64,000 bases of DNA from Amphiscolops sp. MND2022 (lineage: Eukaryota). How positions within the stretch are numbered: position 1 is the first letter of the stretch; every line of letters starts with the position of its first letter. The translations under genes and the position numbers were made by a program. Below the pieces are notes generated by a model. It did no database searches. It worked only from the letters and a program-made list of their open reading frames with translations, and was not told where the DNA came from. Below are positions 1-12,150 of the stretch, piece by piece. The stretch spans positions 434,001 through 498,000 of the forward strand of contig CAXLNC010000509.1 of NCBI GenBank assembly GCA_964187785.1, read 5' to 3'.

Positions 1-671
1 TAAGGTAAATTTCGTTGAGGAAAGTTGGGGAATTTGGAGGTGTCAGTATTTCGCGACTGCATTTCGTATCTACTAACTGGGGGTACATTTGTTGTAGTCG
101 GTTGATATCCCCAAACCCTTTTTTCGCAAAGTTTCTTTTTTTTGATTTCGCAAAGTTTTTTTTTGATTTTGTTTTGAAAACTCCTTGAGGAAAGTTTGGA
201 AATTCAAATATGTCAGAAGATCCCCCACCTTTTCCGTTCACAAACTTTCCATTTGATTTTAAGTCAAATTTTATGAGGAAAGTTTGGAAATTCAGAAGTG
301 TCAGATTTTCTCGCCTGCATTTTCAAGCAACTAACTTACTGGTTGTAATCGAGTGAAATCTCAAAAAGCGTTCTCTGGAAAAAAATCATTTTGATTTCAA
401 TTCAAACTTCAGGGAGGAACGTTTGGAAATTCAAATATGTCAGAAGATCTTGCCTCCTTTTCTTTTACCAAAGTTTCAGTTTGATCGTAAGTCAAATTTG
501 GTTGAGCAAAGTTAACTGGGGGAGACTGATTGTAATTGGGTGAGTTCCTAAAAAAAATGTTTCTGGAAAATTCAATTTGATTCTATTTCGAAAATGTTGT
601 TGAGGAAAAATTCGATATTAAATTTTGTTAGAAGATCTCTCTCGTTTTCTTTAGGAACTTTAACTTCGAGT
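1..671. repeat. ~233-bp satellite array, left remnant (continuous with 35198-64000 once element A is removed)
   Basis: Same monomer motifs as the right array (TTCGTTGAGGAAAGTTTGG, TGTCAGAAGATC, ACTAACTGGGG, TGTAATCGGGTGAATTC). Joining 671 to 35202 restores a monomer (AACTTCGAGTGTAAATCAAA vs ATTTGAATGTAAGTCAAA). Confidence 0.95.
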
Positions 672-995
672 TAAAGTACTTGTTTCTTGTTGGTAGATAC
701 GGAATCTTACTTAAAGAGACGATGGACTTAGTACTTTAAGAGACACAGAGACACTAACAGAGCTGCGAATATTAGGTCTTGAAAAGGGAAGACAACTAAA
801 TGATGAAGAATCTTTTGAGAGTTGTGTTCGAGATGTAAATCAAAATTGGTTTACAGTATTGAGTATAAATTTGGTACATGATGCATTGTGAATATAGATT
901 GGGTATATTGGCAAATGATGCATTGTTCAGTAATCTAAATAGGTCTAGACATTCATCAAGGGGTGGGGGTTATTATTCACATTGTAGGTATACCA
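672..995 (-). repeat. 3' LTR of element A
   Basis: Direct repeat of 34873-35197 with ~29 differences counted by eye (~9%). Sense strand reads TGGTATACC...GTACTTTA. Confidence 0.95.
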
Positions 996-2187
996 TCCGA
1001 CCGGGTTTTGAAAAAGAGTTTTTATAAATAAAATTTAATGTTGAAATGGGTTTAATTTTAAAATTTGGGGGTTGTGTTGAAAACTTGGGTTTGGAGTTCG
1101 GTTTTGTATGTCGGAGGGTGGTTTTATATGTTAACTGTATAAGGGTTGCTTTCAATTTCAATAGAATATTGGAATTTTGTAAGAAATTCCAAAAATGTTC
1201 AGAAAATTTTGAGGTAATTTTTACTTGTGTTTGGTTTTGTGGTTGTCTTAATTCTTTCCTTTCGTGAAGTTCGGGCAATATAGACTGTGGAACTTTGGGG
1301 AAAAATATTTTCCGTTTTAAAATGTTGTGTTTTTCATGTTCATGTTCATTTGATGTTCATGTTCATTTGTAATTCTTTGTGTTGGAATATCTTAGTGTTC
1401 CGAGCCGGTGAAAAAAATGTTTGAAAGTGAGTGAAAAGCGAAGAAAAGAGCAATGATAAAAGTGAGAAGAAGCGGCAGCCTGATTGACAAGAAGGACGGG
1501 GGAAAAGACAAAGATTCTTAGTTATCAGGTCAACTAAGCATTAATCTTGTATGTCTTTATTTACAACTAAAATGAGAATTAGGACAACCTTCAAGGCAAA
1601 AAGGCGGCATGAGCAAAGTCAGAATTCAAGTCAAAAACAAAACGATATTATTCAACATTTGTTCAATTTGTTATCACGTGGCGGGTAGAAAGCGAGTGAA
1701 AAAAAAATTCATTATGACGACGAAGGCAAAAAACATTAGTCAAGAAAATTTTCCTATGCTGAGGTGAGTAAGCATTCATATATGAATTCGTAGGAGTAAG
1801 AGTTAAAATTGGACGGTCTTTTTGAAAAATTTGAGGAGTGATGAGGAAAAAAGGAGTGTGGGTGAAATTGTGAGTTTAAAAATTAACATAGGAGGAAAAG
1901 CTCCACAAAAACAAAGCAGGGGAATTCGAAAAAATATGCTACGTAGAAAAATTCAACAATGGGGGGCGTAGAATTGAAGTTATAGGATGCAAAAATGAAT
2001 GAAAACTTTTTTACAAAAGGGGAAAAATTATACAATGTAAGAAAAACGAATACGATGATTTAAAAATAGGTTGGAAAATGCGTGAAATAAATATACGTTG
2101 TGGGGGAGAATGTTTGAGAATGTACAGGAAGAAAATTGGGTGAAAATGGGACAAAACATGGTAAAATTTTAAAATGTACATTGGAAA

Positions 2188-3054
2188 TTAATCTACATCA
2201 TTTATTGAAGAAACTAAGTTTTCAAGATCAATCATAGGGCTGGGGGATGGGGGGAAGTTTGGCTGGGTGGTGTAAGTGGTTCAACCTTGAAAGGGATTAA
2301 TGCGGGGGAAGAGGGAACATGGGTGAATTCAGAAAAGACAGAATAATTATACGGCAAATGGGAACAAAAATGGGAATAAGATGGGGGATAATTCGGGCAA
2401 TTATAGCAATTATGAGGGAATTTGAATACTTAAGGGGGGAAGCGGATGAATATTATACACTGGGGACTTAAAGTGACGTAATTTAGAAACATGGGGTGAT
2501 TGCAATACAATAACTATAGAATCTACATTAGTAATAATTTTATCAAGCCGGCAGCAGTTTGTTCTAAAAGTTCATCGATGTAATTTTCATAGAATTTTAA
2601 ATTATTGTTATATTGGAGGAGTTTCTGTTTATATACAGCTGTGTGAACAATTCTGCGGAAGGGTGTATCAGCTTCACCATGGGGCAATTGAGGTCTCTTT
2701 GGATGGCGGGGCTTTTTTTGTTGCAAATCATGGGTGAGCTGACGGACGGCAGAATATTGCTGGAAATGTGGAGACGTGGCGACAGCGTCTTGTGGCAGAA
2801 GAGGAAGTGTTGTTGAAGAAAGTGAAGAGAGGGCAAAACGACTTCTGACTGGGTGGAGAAGTTTGCACATCAGTCGTCATGATGGAAGAGATGGGTGGCA
2901 ACGTGGAAGTGGATGTAGTGGTAGTTGCAGAGGAGACGGACGACGACGGAAAAGTGAAAGTGGATGAAGTAGAAGTCACTGTGAGAGGCATTGAATCCAA
3001 CATATGTGTCAGCAGAGGACAGTCAACTGTGGAAGGAGGATAAGAAGAAGTCAT
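2188..3054 (-). pseudogene. Accessory ORF Y of element A (frameshifted, ~290 aa, unknown function)
   Basis: Pieced from track ORFs 2728-3225 and 2523-2870 plus downstream frames: MTSSYPPST...DAVATSPHFQQYSAVRQLTHDLQQKKPRHPKRPQLP...RRIVHTAVYKQK...MIDLENLVSSINDVD*. Collinear with the element B copy. Confidence 0.75.
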
Positions 3055-3335
3055 TGTGAAAATGTTGAAGACTAAAACAAAATTCAGTTTAATATTTGTT
3101 GAAAATGTATGTTTATAGTTGTCGTGTGTTAGTTTAAAATGTAGATGTAGAGTGTTGTGATTAAACAGAGCAGCGAACAGAGAAGGAGCATACAGAGGAG
3201 AGCCAAGAGTGTATGTTGTTGGCAATTAGCGACACAATCCCAGTAATGTGGAATTCGCAATGATTTTATGGAGTGGCTCAGAGAATTAAACTGTGATTAA
3301 AAGAAGCAGCGAGAGAAATGAACGCATCAGAAATC

Positions 3336-3567
3336 TGAATTGTATTTCTTTGATCAGAAATCAGGAATGTGTTTCTGGAATGGCTCCGAAAATTTGAAAT
3401 AGGCAATCAAGAGAAATTGCAAAGTTTATGTGATCAAGTGTGAATTTCTTGGTGAATTGTATTTCTTTGATCAGAAATCAGGAATGTGTTTCTGGAATGG
3501 CTCCGAAAATTTGAAATAGGCAATCAAGAGAAATTGCAAAGTTTATGTGATCAAGTGTGAATTTCTT
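3336..3567. repeat. Perfect tandem duplication of 115 bp separated by GG
   Basis: 3336-3450 is identical by eye to 3453-3567. Confidence 0.9.
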
Positions 3568-3905
3568 TTCAAGTGTGAAATATCAACAAAGAACACACTG
3601 TTGAGATGATGATTATGTTTTTTGGATTTAAGCGAGATTTTAAGGACAAGTGACCTGGAGTGAGTGCCAATTACAAATGAAAAATGCGAAAAAGAAACTG
3701 GAGGATGATTTTTGTGAATAAAAGGCACAATTATTATGTTAGCAAAAGTTAACTCATTTAAAGCTTTTTGTCACTTTTGTGAAAGGAGGATAGCTTAACG
3801 TTTTGATAAAATGTGATTAGAGGAGAAGTTAAAATGAGGAAAAAAGTAATAAATGTCAAAATCAGAAAGTGAGCGATATTACTATCATAGTAATTTCGAT
3901 ATCTG

Positions 3906-4283
3906 TCAATTATGGCGTGTCGAATGAACAATAGGAGAAGTGATGAAATTTGCATGTGAAATGAAAAAAAAAGACAGAGTCGAGTACAAAGGAGAAAGAG
4001 AACAAAAATTTGTGTGGGTGAATAAAGGTTGGAGGGGTTTAGTTTTTAAAAAATGATCGGGTTTTATGAAATCTGAAGTTAGAAAAATGACTAAAGAGTG
4101 GTTCCAGTATGTTAAAGTTCTTGGATCGGAAAGATGCGAGAATATTTTTGCTAAAAATTGAGGAAGTAAAAGAAGTGGATCAGATATATGGGGTAAATCA
4201 AGTGTTCCGGATTTTAGGGAAAGAGGAGGAGAAAGGGAAGCAATACTCGAGAGAAGGTCTTCGTCAGTGTTGGAGGTTGCCAT
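3906..4283 (-). pseudogene. Accessory ORF X homologue in element A (short form)
   Basis: EDLLSSIASLSPPLSLKSGTLD matches EELLSSIASLSPPLSLKSGTLD in element B (~17545-17610). The remainder does not align confidently. Confidence 0.55.
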
Positions 4284-4602
4284 TTGAATTATAGGAAGAC
4301 GAAATATAGAAAGACGAAGAAAATTGTTGATGTAAAAGTGAGGATCATATGATGATGCGTGAAATATAGAAAAATTTTCAGAAGAGATTACAGAAAATCA
4401 GGCAAATAGAAATAGGAAAAGGTTTATTCAAGATTACAGAAGAGCAGGTAGATGGAATTATTTTAGAGGGATGAATATCGTTTGAGTGTTAAGAATCAAA
4501 AAGTGAAGAGAGTGAAAGACAGGAACAATGAAAAGTGAAACAAGGAAGTGTAAGAGGAGTGAAAATAATATTATTCAGGAGAGGAAAAGAACGAGATGAT
4601 TA

Positions 4603-7310
4603 TTATTCAGGAGGGAAAAGACAAGAGGAGTAGGCTTTGACAGGACTTTCAGATTGATCAAAGACACAAATGACAGATGTTAATTTGTTGTCATTTGTTC
4701 TAATAGGTGGTGGATTAGGATGGTGAAGTTTAGTTGATTGCCATACATTGTGTATGGGGGAATCATTAGAGAAATTGTCGAAATTAGTGTCATCAGGAAG
4801 AGGAGAAGTATGGAAATATGGAGGAGAAGATAATGGAGGTAATTGGGAGTGGTGAGAAGAAAGGTTATTATGCGGAATAATTTGTAAATTATAATTAGGA
4901 GGTAGAGGAGAAGATTTTTTCATTACTGGAGGAGTAATAATTATAGTAAAAGATAGAGAAACACTGGAAGTAGAAAAAAGTTTTGTAGGAGAGGAGCTGT
5001 GCATGATATTTTTATTTTTTAAACTAAGGAGTTTCGATTTAATATTCGGTTGGTAGGTAAATGATTTGGATTTTGGAGATAGAGATTTGGTATGAGAAAT
5101 TGAAGGTGGAGGTTGAAGAGAATCAGAGTCTTCGGAATCTGAATGGGGTTCAGGAGTGTTAATCATATCAGTCATCATAGTATGAGTGAGGGTGCCAAAA
5201 AAACCATATCCAAGTGCGGATATTAAAGAGATTTATTTTTAACGAGAATTTTACAGTAAATGAACGGTAAATACTAAGGAGCGTAATAAAAGCAAATTGT
5301 AAAAAGAGAGCGGTAGATAAATATATTCCACATTGGGATAAAATCTAACATGGATAACCGAAAATTTTTATTAAAGGCATCAGTAAACCATTCAGGTGAG
5401 AAAAACGGAGTGAGGTTTAACATATAATTGTGGAGGTCAATTCTAAGGGATCTATATGGGTTATCTGGGAGAAGTTCATAGGATTGTTTACTCATAAATT
5501 CATAACTGATAGCTTTACCAAGGAGTTGTAAGGTATTATCAGAGTGTTTAGTAAAAAGGACAGGATTCCATGCTTGAGTTGTTTTTCAGAATAAATGCCA
5601 GCATTTTGAGCAATGAAAGTGTTTGGGCTAATAGCGGTTTGTACTTGAGTAGGTTGAAAGGGTAAAGGAGGGTCTTTTTGAACAGGTTGTGGAGTGAGGA
5701 CATAATTTTGATCAGTGTCTGTGTCAAGAGAACTAACATTTTGGGAATTATTTTCCGGGGATTTGATTAGCATATTCGAAGGTTTGGCGTGTGATGGGAT
5801 CAACATACATTACAGTATCAAGATGATTAACGGGGATTTTGTCATAACATTGTTTTGCTATATATAAAGGAGAGAGGTGGTGAGGACAATCTTAAAGTCA
5901 GGCGGTAGAGCCTTCAACATGAAGAAAATTACTTCGATTTTGGGTTGAGAGAAAACCAGCGAGTTGTGGATTTTTAACAGACATTGCAAGTATGGTGAGA
6001 AGTTGAGTACGTTCTACTTCACAAATGGTATGGAGAGTATTAAGTTCAGCAACAGACATACTTTCAAATATATGGTTTATAGAGTAGTCAATTTTAGTGT
6101 TAATGTGAGCTTCATAGTTAATAGTGGCAAAATTATTAGAAGAACTGAGAGCAGGAAAAAGGAGTTTATCTTGAGTATGTATTAGTTTTCCAGAAATTAA
6201 GGGGGTGGTGAGTTGGTTGTATTGTTCAATTTGAAGGAGGTGAAGAGGATTACGTTTACCAGTATGCATGTTAAAACCTTCTTTATATGTAATAAAGAGA
6301 TCAGGGTATTGAGTAGTATATAAAGGTGTGAGTTTATTACAAAACATTTTGTTTTCGGGGAAGACGAGTTTGAGATTTAGTGTCATGATGAGAATTATCA
6401 GATGGAGTGGTTGAGGTGTGATTGCTAATTAATGTTCGGTTTCAAGCCAGTAACGGTTATTAAGTTTAGACATACGTCCAATGAAAGAATGGATTGAGGA
6501 GATTAAACATAATTCTTCGGGGAACCAAACAATGGTGAAAGGTGTTAAAATAGTGGGTTTGCAAAAACCATCATCATAAAGTCAAGGTAGGATGTGGCCA
6601 TACTAAATAAGTTTAATGTCTTTATCATCATACGTAATTTCGATTTCTTTGACAGTGAGACACCAACTATCTTTTTCAATAATATATCCATAGCGGTTCC
6701 AAGGGACAGCTTTTTCTTCAAGAGTAGAGTTTAATACCAGTTCAGAAATTGAGATCCAAGCAAAAGCACCATAATGAAAAGTGTTAAGTTTACTTATACG
6801 AAATGGAGGTTGTTTAATTTCAAGAAGGCGTTGTTTTTGAATATCATTAAACAAGGTAAAGTAGTTGCTATAATTAAAGGCATCAAGTTGAGGATCATTA
6901 GTTCCATTGAGGTGACGGATAGCATGTCTGCATTCCGTAGGGTCAAGAGTACGAGGACGTTCCATTGTGTTTTGATGGTAGTCAGTACGATCATGACGGC
7001 GATATTTATAATCTGATTGAGCACATAATTTGTCGCGTTTAACATAAGCTTCGCAAGTCCATGCTTCAAGGCGTTTAGCTTTTGCACGAACAAAGACATT
7101 GACTATAGCGCGAGTGCTTTCAAATGAGGAAGGGACATGAGAGCAAGAATGGACTCGAGTGAGACTGAATTGTCTTAAATTGTGTTGTTTCGAACAATCA
7201 TAGTGGGAAACTAAAAGATCGGAAATATGAGGATCATTAGGATCAGTCGAAAAGATGAGTGGGAGGAGACAATAAAAGTTGAAGAGAAAGGAGAAAAATG
7301 AAAAAAAATT
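4603..7310 (-). pseudogene. env: env (class III fusion glycoprotein-like) of element A, frameshifted
   Basis: Hydrophobic leader, then HISDLLVSHYDCSKQHNLRQFSLTRVHSC...WTCEAYVKR. Track ORFs 6603-6965, 5898-6386, 5492-5806 and 4603-5178 are collinear with element B env. Confidence 0.85.
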
Positions 7311-7329
7311 AATTTTTTTATTTATGGGT

Positions 7330-10078
7330 TTCTTATATTTATTTAAACATGATGAGACAGATTGAAAAGAAAAAGAGTCTAGGGTATATGTGACAGTATA
7401 CCCTTTATCTTGGATGCGGAGTGTAAATTGATCATCACCACTTCAGCTAGGATAAGGTGTGAATCATTCTTTGCGTAGGGAGTAAATCTTCATGTTTGAC
7501 TAAATAATGAATTGGTTAAAAAATATTATCATGTTTAAGTTGGATAAATTCAAATTGTGGAGGAAGGGTTTTATGTTGTAGTTGACATGTTTTATTATTA
7601 ACGGTTAAAAAAACTCAACTGAGCATGTCAGCAACAGTGAGGTTTGTACCAGCTGTTTTAATAAATTGTAAAGTAGAGAAGTTAATTAATAACATTTGGG
7701 CTTTGTATTGTCTGGGGGTAAGATTTCCTTTACGGGTGAAAAGAAAACGAATTGGATTGTGGTCGGTGAAAATAGTTATTGGGGATTTAGAACCAATTAT
7801 CATTGCTTCATTTTGAGAAAGGTCACAGGTTATAGCACAAAGTTCTCTGTCGTATGTAGAAAGTTTTTGTTTTTGCGTTGTTAAAATACGAGAGTTGTAA
7901 GAGATTACTTGCTTTTTATTGTTCGTGTTAGGTTGAAATAAAACTGCGCCTAAATCAATCAGGGAGGCATCAACGGTTATAAAATGGATGAGTAGTGTTA
8001 TGAATAGCAAATTCTGCATCTATGGAGAGGGAGAGTTTAATTTCATAAAAAGTTTGTCAAGATCAGATGTCCATTCAAAGGAAACATCATCATGGAGAAT
8101 GGTGTGAAGGGGTTCAGAGAATTTGGAGTTTATTAGTAAATTTGGAGTAAAAGTTCATTGATCCGATAAAATGCATCAGTTCAGTTTTTAAAATTAAATT
8201 GGTGTTTTCAATTTATGTATGCCATCAACTTTAGAAGAGATGGGTTTATTAGTGTTGTTGCCAATTTCTTGTCCGAGAAAATTGACAGTGAGAAGAATAT
8301 AAAATGATTTTTCAGTCGCAATTTTAAATTTATTAGAGTAACAAATTTGGTGTAATTGTTCAATAAAGTCTAACATATGAGTTTTTGTATGGGCAAGAAG
8401 GAGGATATCACCAATATAATCAAATGCAAAGCCTTGATCAATGAGTTTTGAAAAAAAATGAGTACATTTGTTTGGTGAAAAGGTTGGGTAGACCTTTAAG
8501 TCAAAAAACCTCGGGTAAAGGCATAGAGTTCATCTCCAGACGAGAAACTTGTTAATGTTATGGTTTCTTCATCTAAAGGGGCATGTGCATCAGCATACAT
8601 GAGGTCGATAGCTAATATTTATTTTTTGTTTGCGCGAGCAAGTTGAGGAGCTAAAGATTCGATAGGCCAATATTCAATGATTGATCAGTGTTTGAGTTTA
8701 GATGTCTTGCATCTAAGACAAGTTTGATAGTATCTCCTTTGGGGATAATAATGAGAGGATTTAAAAAAGTGGTACCATAGGCAGATTTATCAGAAGGAGT
8801 AGAGCCATTTTGGCGAATAATATTATGTTTTTCTAATTTAACAAGGAGTTTTTTGAGTTTTTCTCTTTATTGAAAAGGGTCTTTTGTAGGTCTTTGGGTT
8901 TGGAGTTTAGCAATAGGTTTGAGGCGAATTCGAAAAAAAGTGGCTATTTCACTAACATCATTTCGATGGGTTGCATAGCAGTTTTGATATTCAACAAGAA
9001 TGGAGCATTATTTTAAATATTCATCGTCAGTTACATCAGAATATTGGAATTTAAATTTATTGAGGAATTGTTGAATATCAGGTGAATATGGCATTGGGGG
9101 AAGAGTACGGTTTAAAATTTGAGAAGGTTGTAGATTATGAAGTTCAAAATTAGGTTTACGAAGAGAAGAACGGTGAAGAGGAGGTTTGGGTTTAGATAAA
9201 TCTGGGTAGTATGAATGTAATACAGTGTGAAGAGGTTTAATATTAGTTGTGGGGACTTCGATCTATCCAATGTATCCTGGATTAAGGATGGCGGAAAGTT
9301 GAGTAATATTTTGAATAATGACAGAACAACTAATAGGTTCGGTTTTAATATTTTGGTATATTTGGAGAAAGGTAAAAGTAGATTTGAAACGTGTATTAAA
9401 GAGAGGATGAGGCGTGGAAGGAAAAAGTTCTTCGTTATCAGAGGTTTGAAAGGTTAAAGGAAGGGTAGGTTGAATTGGAAAATGGAAAACTTGACAGGCT
9501 TTTTGTTTGAAATAGACTTTATTTTTAACTCTAATAGTGTAGATATAGTAAAAATATGGGTAATCTTTTTCCTTATGAGCAGTGAAAGGAAGGTTGTTAC
9601 CACGAGATTCATGAGGAGTGTTAAAGGTGAGAGACATGTGTTCAATATTAAGAGTTTCAACATTCTTTTCGAGAAAGGGAGTTCCAAGATTATTATATTT
9701 AATCTTTGCTACTGCAAAAGGAATGACAAGTGTACGGGTACTTCCATGGATAGAAAGGTCAAGCGTAAGAATCACATTATATAATATATGGACTTCAGTG
9801 TTTTTGGCGACAGTTAAAGTTTTAAATTTATGTTGATGAGGAGAAATTTTTGAACATTTTAGGAAGTGATCGGCTAAGATTGTGAAAGTGGGTACATTCA
9901 AAACAAAGATAGATGCACCGCTATCAAGTAAAAAGAGTAGTTCTATTTTGTAGGGTAGAGAGGTATCTTCAACGGGTTTGAAAATGTATAGATTGACAAA
10001 CCAAGTTGACGGGGTAATAGCGTTAGCATGATCATTTGGAAGTGAAGAATAGTGGGACGAAGGAGTTGGATGATACAT
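7330..10078 (-). pseudogene. pol: pol of element A: protease, RT, RNase H (integrase missing)
   Basis: LFLLDSGAS protease motif (ORF 9263-10078). RT with AIDLMYA and a YIDD box mutated to DYIGD. RNase H TVDASL...DRELCA...FTDHNP (ORF 7615-8019). Multiple stops and frameshifts. Confidence 0.92.
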
Positions 10079-10079
10079 A

Positions 10080-10527
10080 TTTGATTCAAAATTGCTGTAG
10101 AAGGAGTATTATGGAATATTGGGGTAGACGGATGAGTATTGTTAACAGAGGGTTTATATTGAAAATTAGAGTATTGTTTTGTGTTGGAGTGTGATCTACT
10201 ACAATAGGGATAGTTACGTGGTTTAGAAGGAGGACGGTAGAGAGAATTATATCGCCTAAAAGAGTTATTATTATACCTAGAGGAGCGTTCGCGAGAACGA
10301 GGATAGTATTTGGATGGACTACGAGAAGAGGTAGAATTATAGTAGGGACGTGAGAAAGAATATTATGGTTTAGAAGAAGATTGGTTATAATGTTTGTCAT
10401 ACCGAGATCTATTACGATCGTAGTATGGAGAATGGTTATGGGAGTAAGAGATATCATTGAATCGAGAACGAGAATTTGAACGCGAGAGAGACCGAGATTT
10501 ATATCTGGAGTCACGAGAAGATCTACG
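10080..10527 (-). pseudogene. gag: gag of element A, 3' part (Arg/Ser/Tyr-rich tail), split from the 5' part by element B
   Basis: Aligns without a gap to B 27500-27960 and joins 31475 across the insertion (GAGAAGATCTACGATAGGGGTTACTG vs B GAGAATATCTGCGGGAAGGGTTACTG). Confidence 0.85.
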
Positions 10528-10531
10528 ATAG

Positions 10532-10859
10532 TAAAGTACTTGGTTGTTATCGTTATTAAATGTTAAGAGAGAATTAGGTCTTTTGTCTGAAGTACGATTA
10601 GTACTTTAAGCGACGCTAACAGAGCTGCAGTTATTAGGTCTTTGGTTGAAGACAACTAATCGATTCAATTAAAGTTGTGTTCTACAAATCAGAATTCATG
10701 GTATTGAATTTGAGTAGTTACATCAATCAATTCATTTTACATATAGAATATTAATCGAGTACATTCATAAATGAGGTGCACTGTTCTAAAGTCTAGACAT
10801 ATAGGGGGCGGAGGATAATTATAAATCATGAAATATTTGGTATATCATCTGGTATATCA
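10532..10859 (-). repeat. 3' LTR of element B
   Basis: Direct repeat of 31136-31470 with ~19 differences by eye (~5-6%), including a 6-bp indel. Confidence 0.95.
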
Positions 10860-12150
10860 TCCGACCGGGTTTTGAAAAGAAAAAAATTTTAAATTTGGGG
10901 TTGACTTTAAAATTTATTGGTGGAAATTTTGGAATTGGAGGTTTGATTCAAACTGTCGGAAGTTGGTTCAATACGTAGGAAGAGAAAGAATAATAAAAGT
11001 TTGGCAGTTTCTGATATAAAACTTTATGCAAGAGAAAGAGAGGAAAAAATTTATAGGAATTTTTTGTTTTGCTTATGTTAATAGAAAGTTGTCTTCGTTT
11101 CTTTCCTTTCGTGAGTTACGGGCAGTATCGGATCTTAGAATGAATGAGAAAAAGTTTTATAAAGTAGTTAAATAGATTCGTTTAATTAGTAGGCCAGAGG
11201 ATGTGTTTTGAAATTACAAAGGAGAAATTTTGGAATTTTTGAGGTTGATTGGCATTTTCATAATGGTGATGAGTTTAGTATTTTAATGTTTTCGAGGTCA
11301 ATGAAATTTTCATATAGTATCTATTTTGAGTTTCTTTCGAGGCGGTAAAAGATTTGAGTGCCAGGGAGAAACTTGTAAAAATTGAAAGATAGGCAAGAAA
11401 GGGCAGTCTGATTGACAAAGAAGTTCAGAGTGAAAGACCAAGATTCTTAGTTGTGTGGTAACTAAGCATTTATCTTGTTAGTCTTTTGAACAACTAAAAT
11501 GGAATGGCGGAACTTCAAAGCAAGATGACGACGTGATCAAATCAAATTTGGAAGCCAAAACAAATCCATATGAGTCAACATGTGTTCAAAATTATATCAT
11601 GTGGCAGGTTAATTTTCAATTGAGAAAAGGCAAAGCAAATTTTGGGCACGCAGATTTATTTGCGAAATTAGCAAGAGACGAAGAGTTAGATGTTAAGGTG
11701 AGTGAGTTTTAATATGTGATTCGGTAAGAGTAAGAAGAAAAAGGAAAGGGTGTTAGAACTGAAGTTATAGAGAAGCAAAGTGAAAATTTTTGGGGGAAAG
11801 GTTTAAAAAAATGGAATTTTGTTTGAAAAAATGTCTATTAAAGTGGAAGAAAGGTGAAAAAAAATGTAGCTCCACAATTTAGGAGAAATTGGGGCGAGAG
11901 CAACATGTTAAATTGGACGTTGTAAAGTTTTGTCAGTTAGAACCGAAGTTAAAAGCGAATTGTTTGGCGTTAGGGGGGAAAATTTAAAACAAAATGTAAA
12001 AAGGAAGGGTTCAGCATAAAAGTTGATGGTTGGGGGGTTAAAAGCAATATAGGGAGGGGGTGAGATTGTGGTACTGAAAACATAAAAGCATAGACAGTTT
12101 TGAATAAAATGTACAAAAATATGTAGGGGAAAACGATCATACGAAATATT

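Noticed and set aside
973-1278. 101-aa ORF running into the 3' LTR of A
   Set aside because: The equivalent B region has several stops. Only a short purine-rich nucleotide block is shared.
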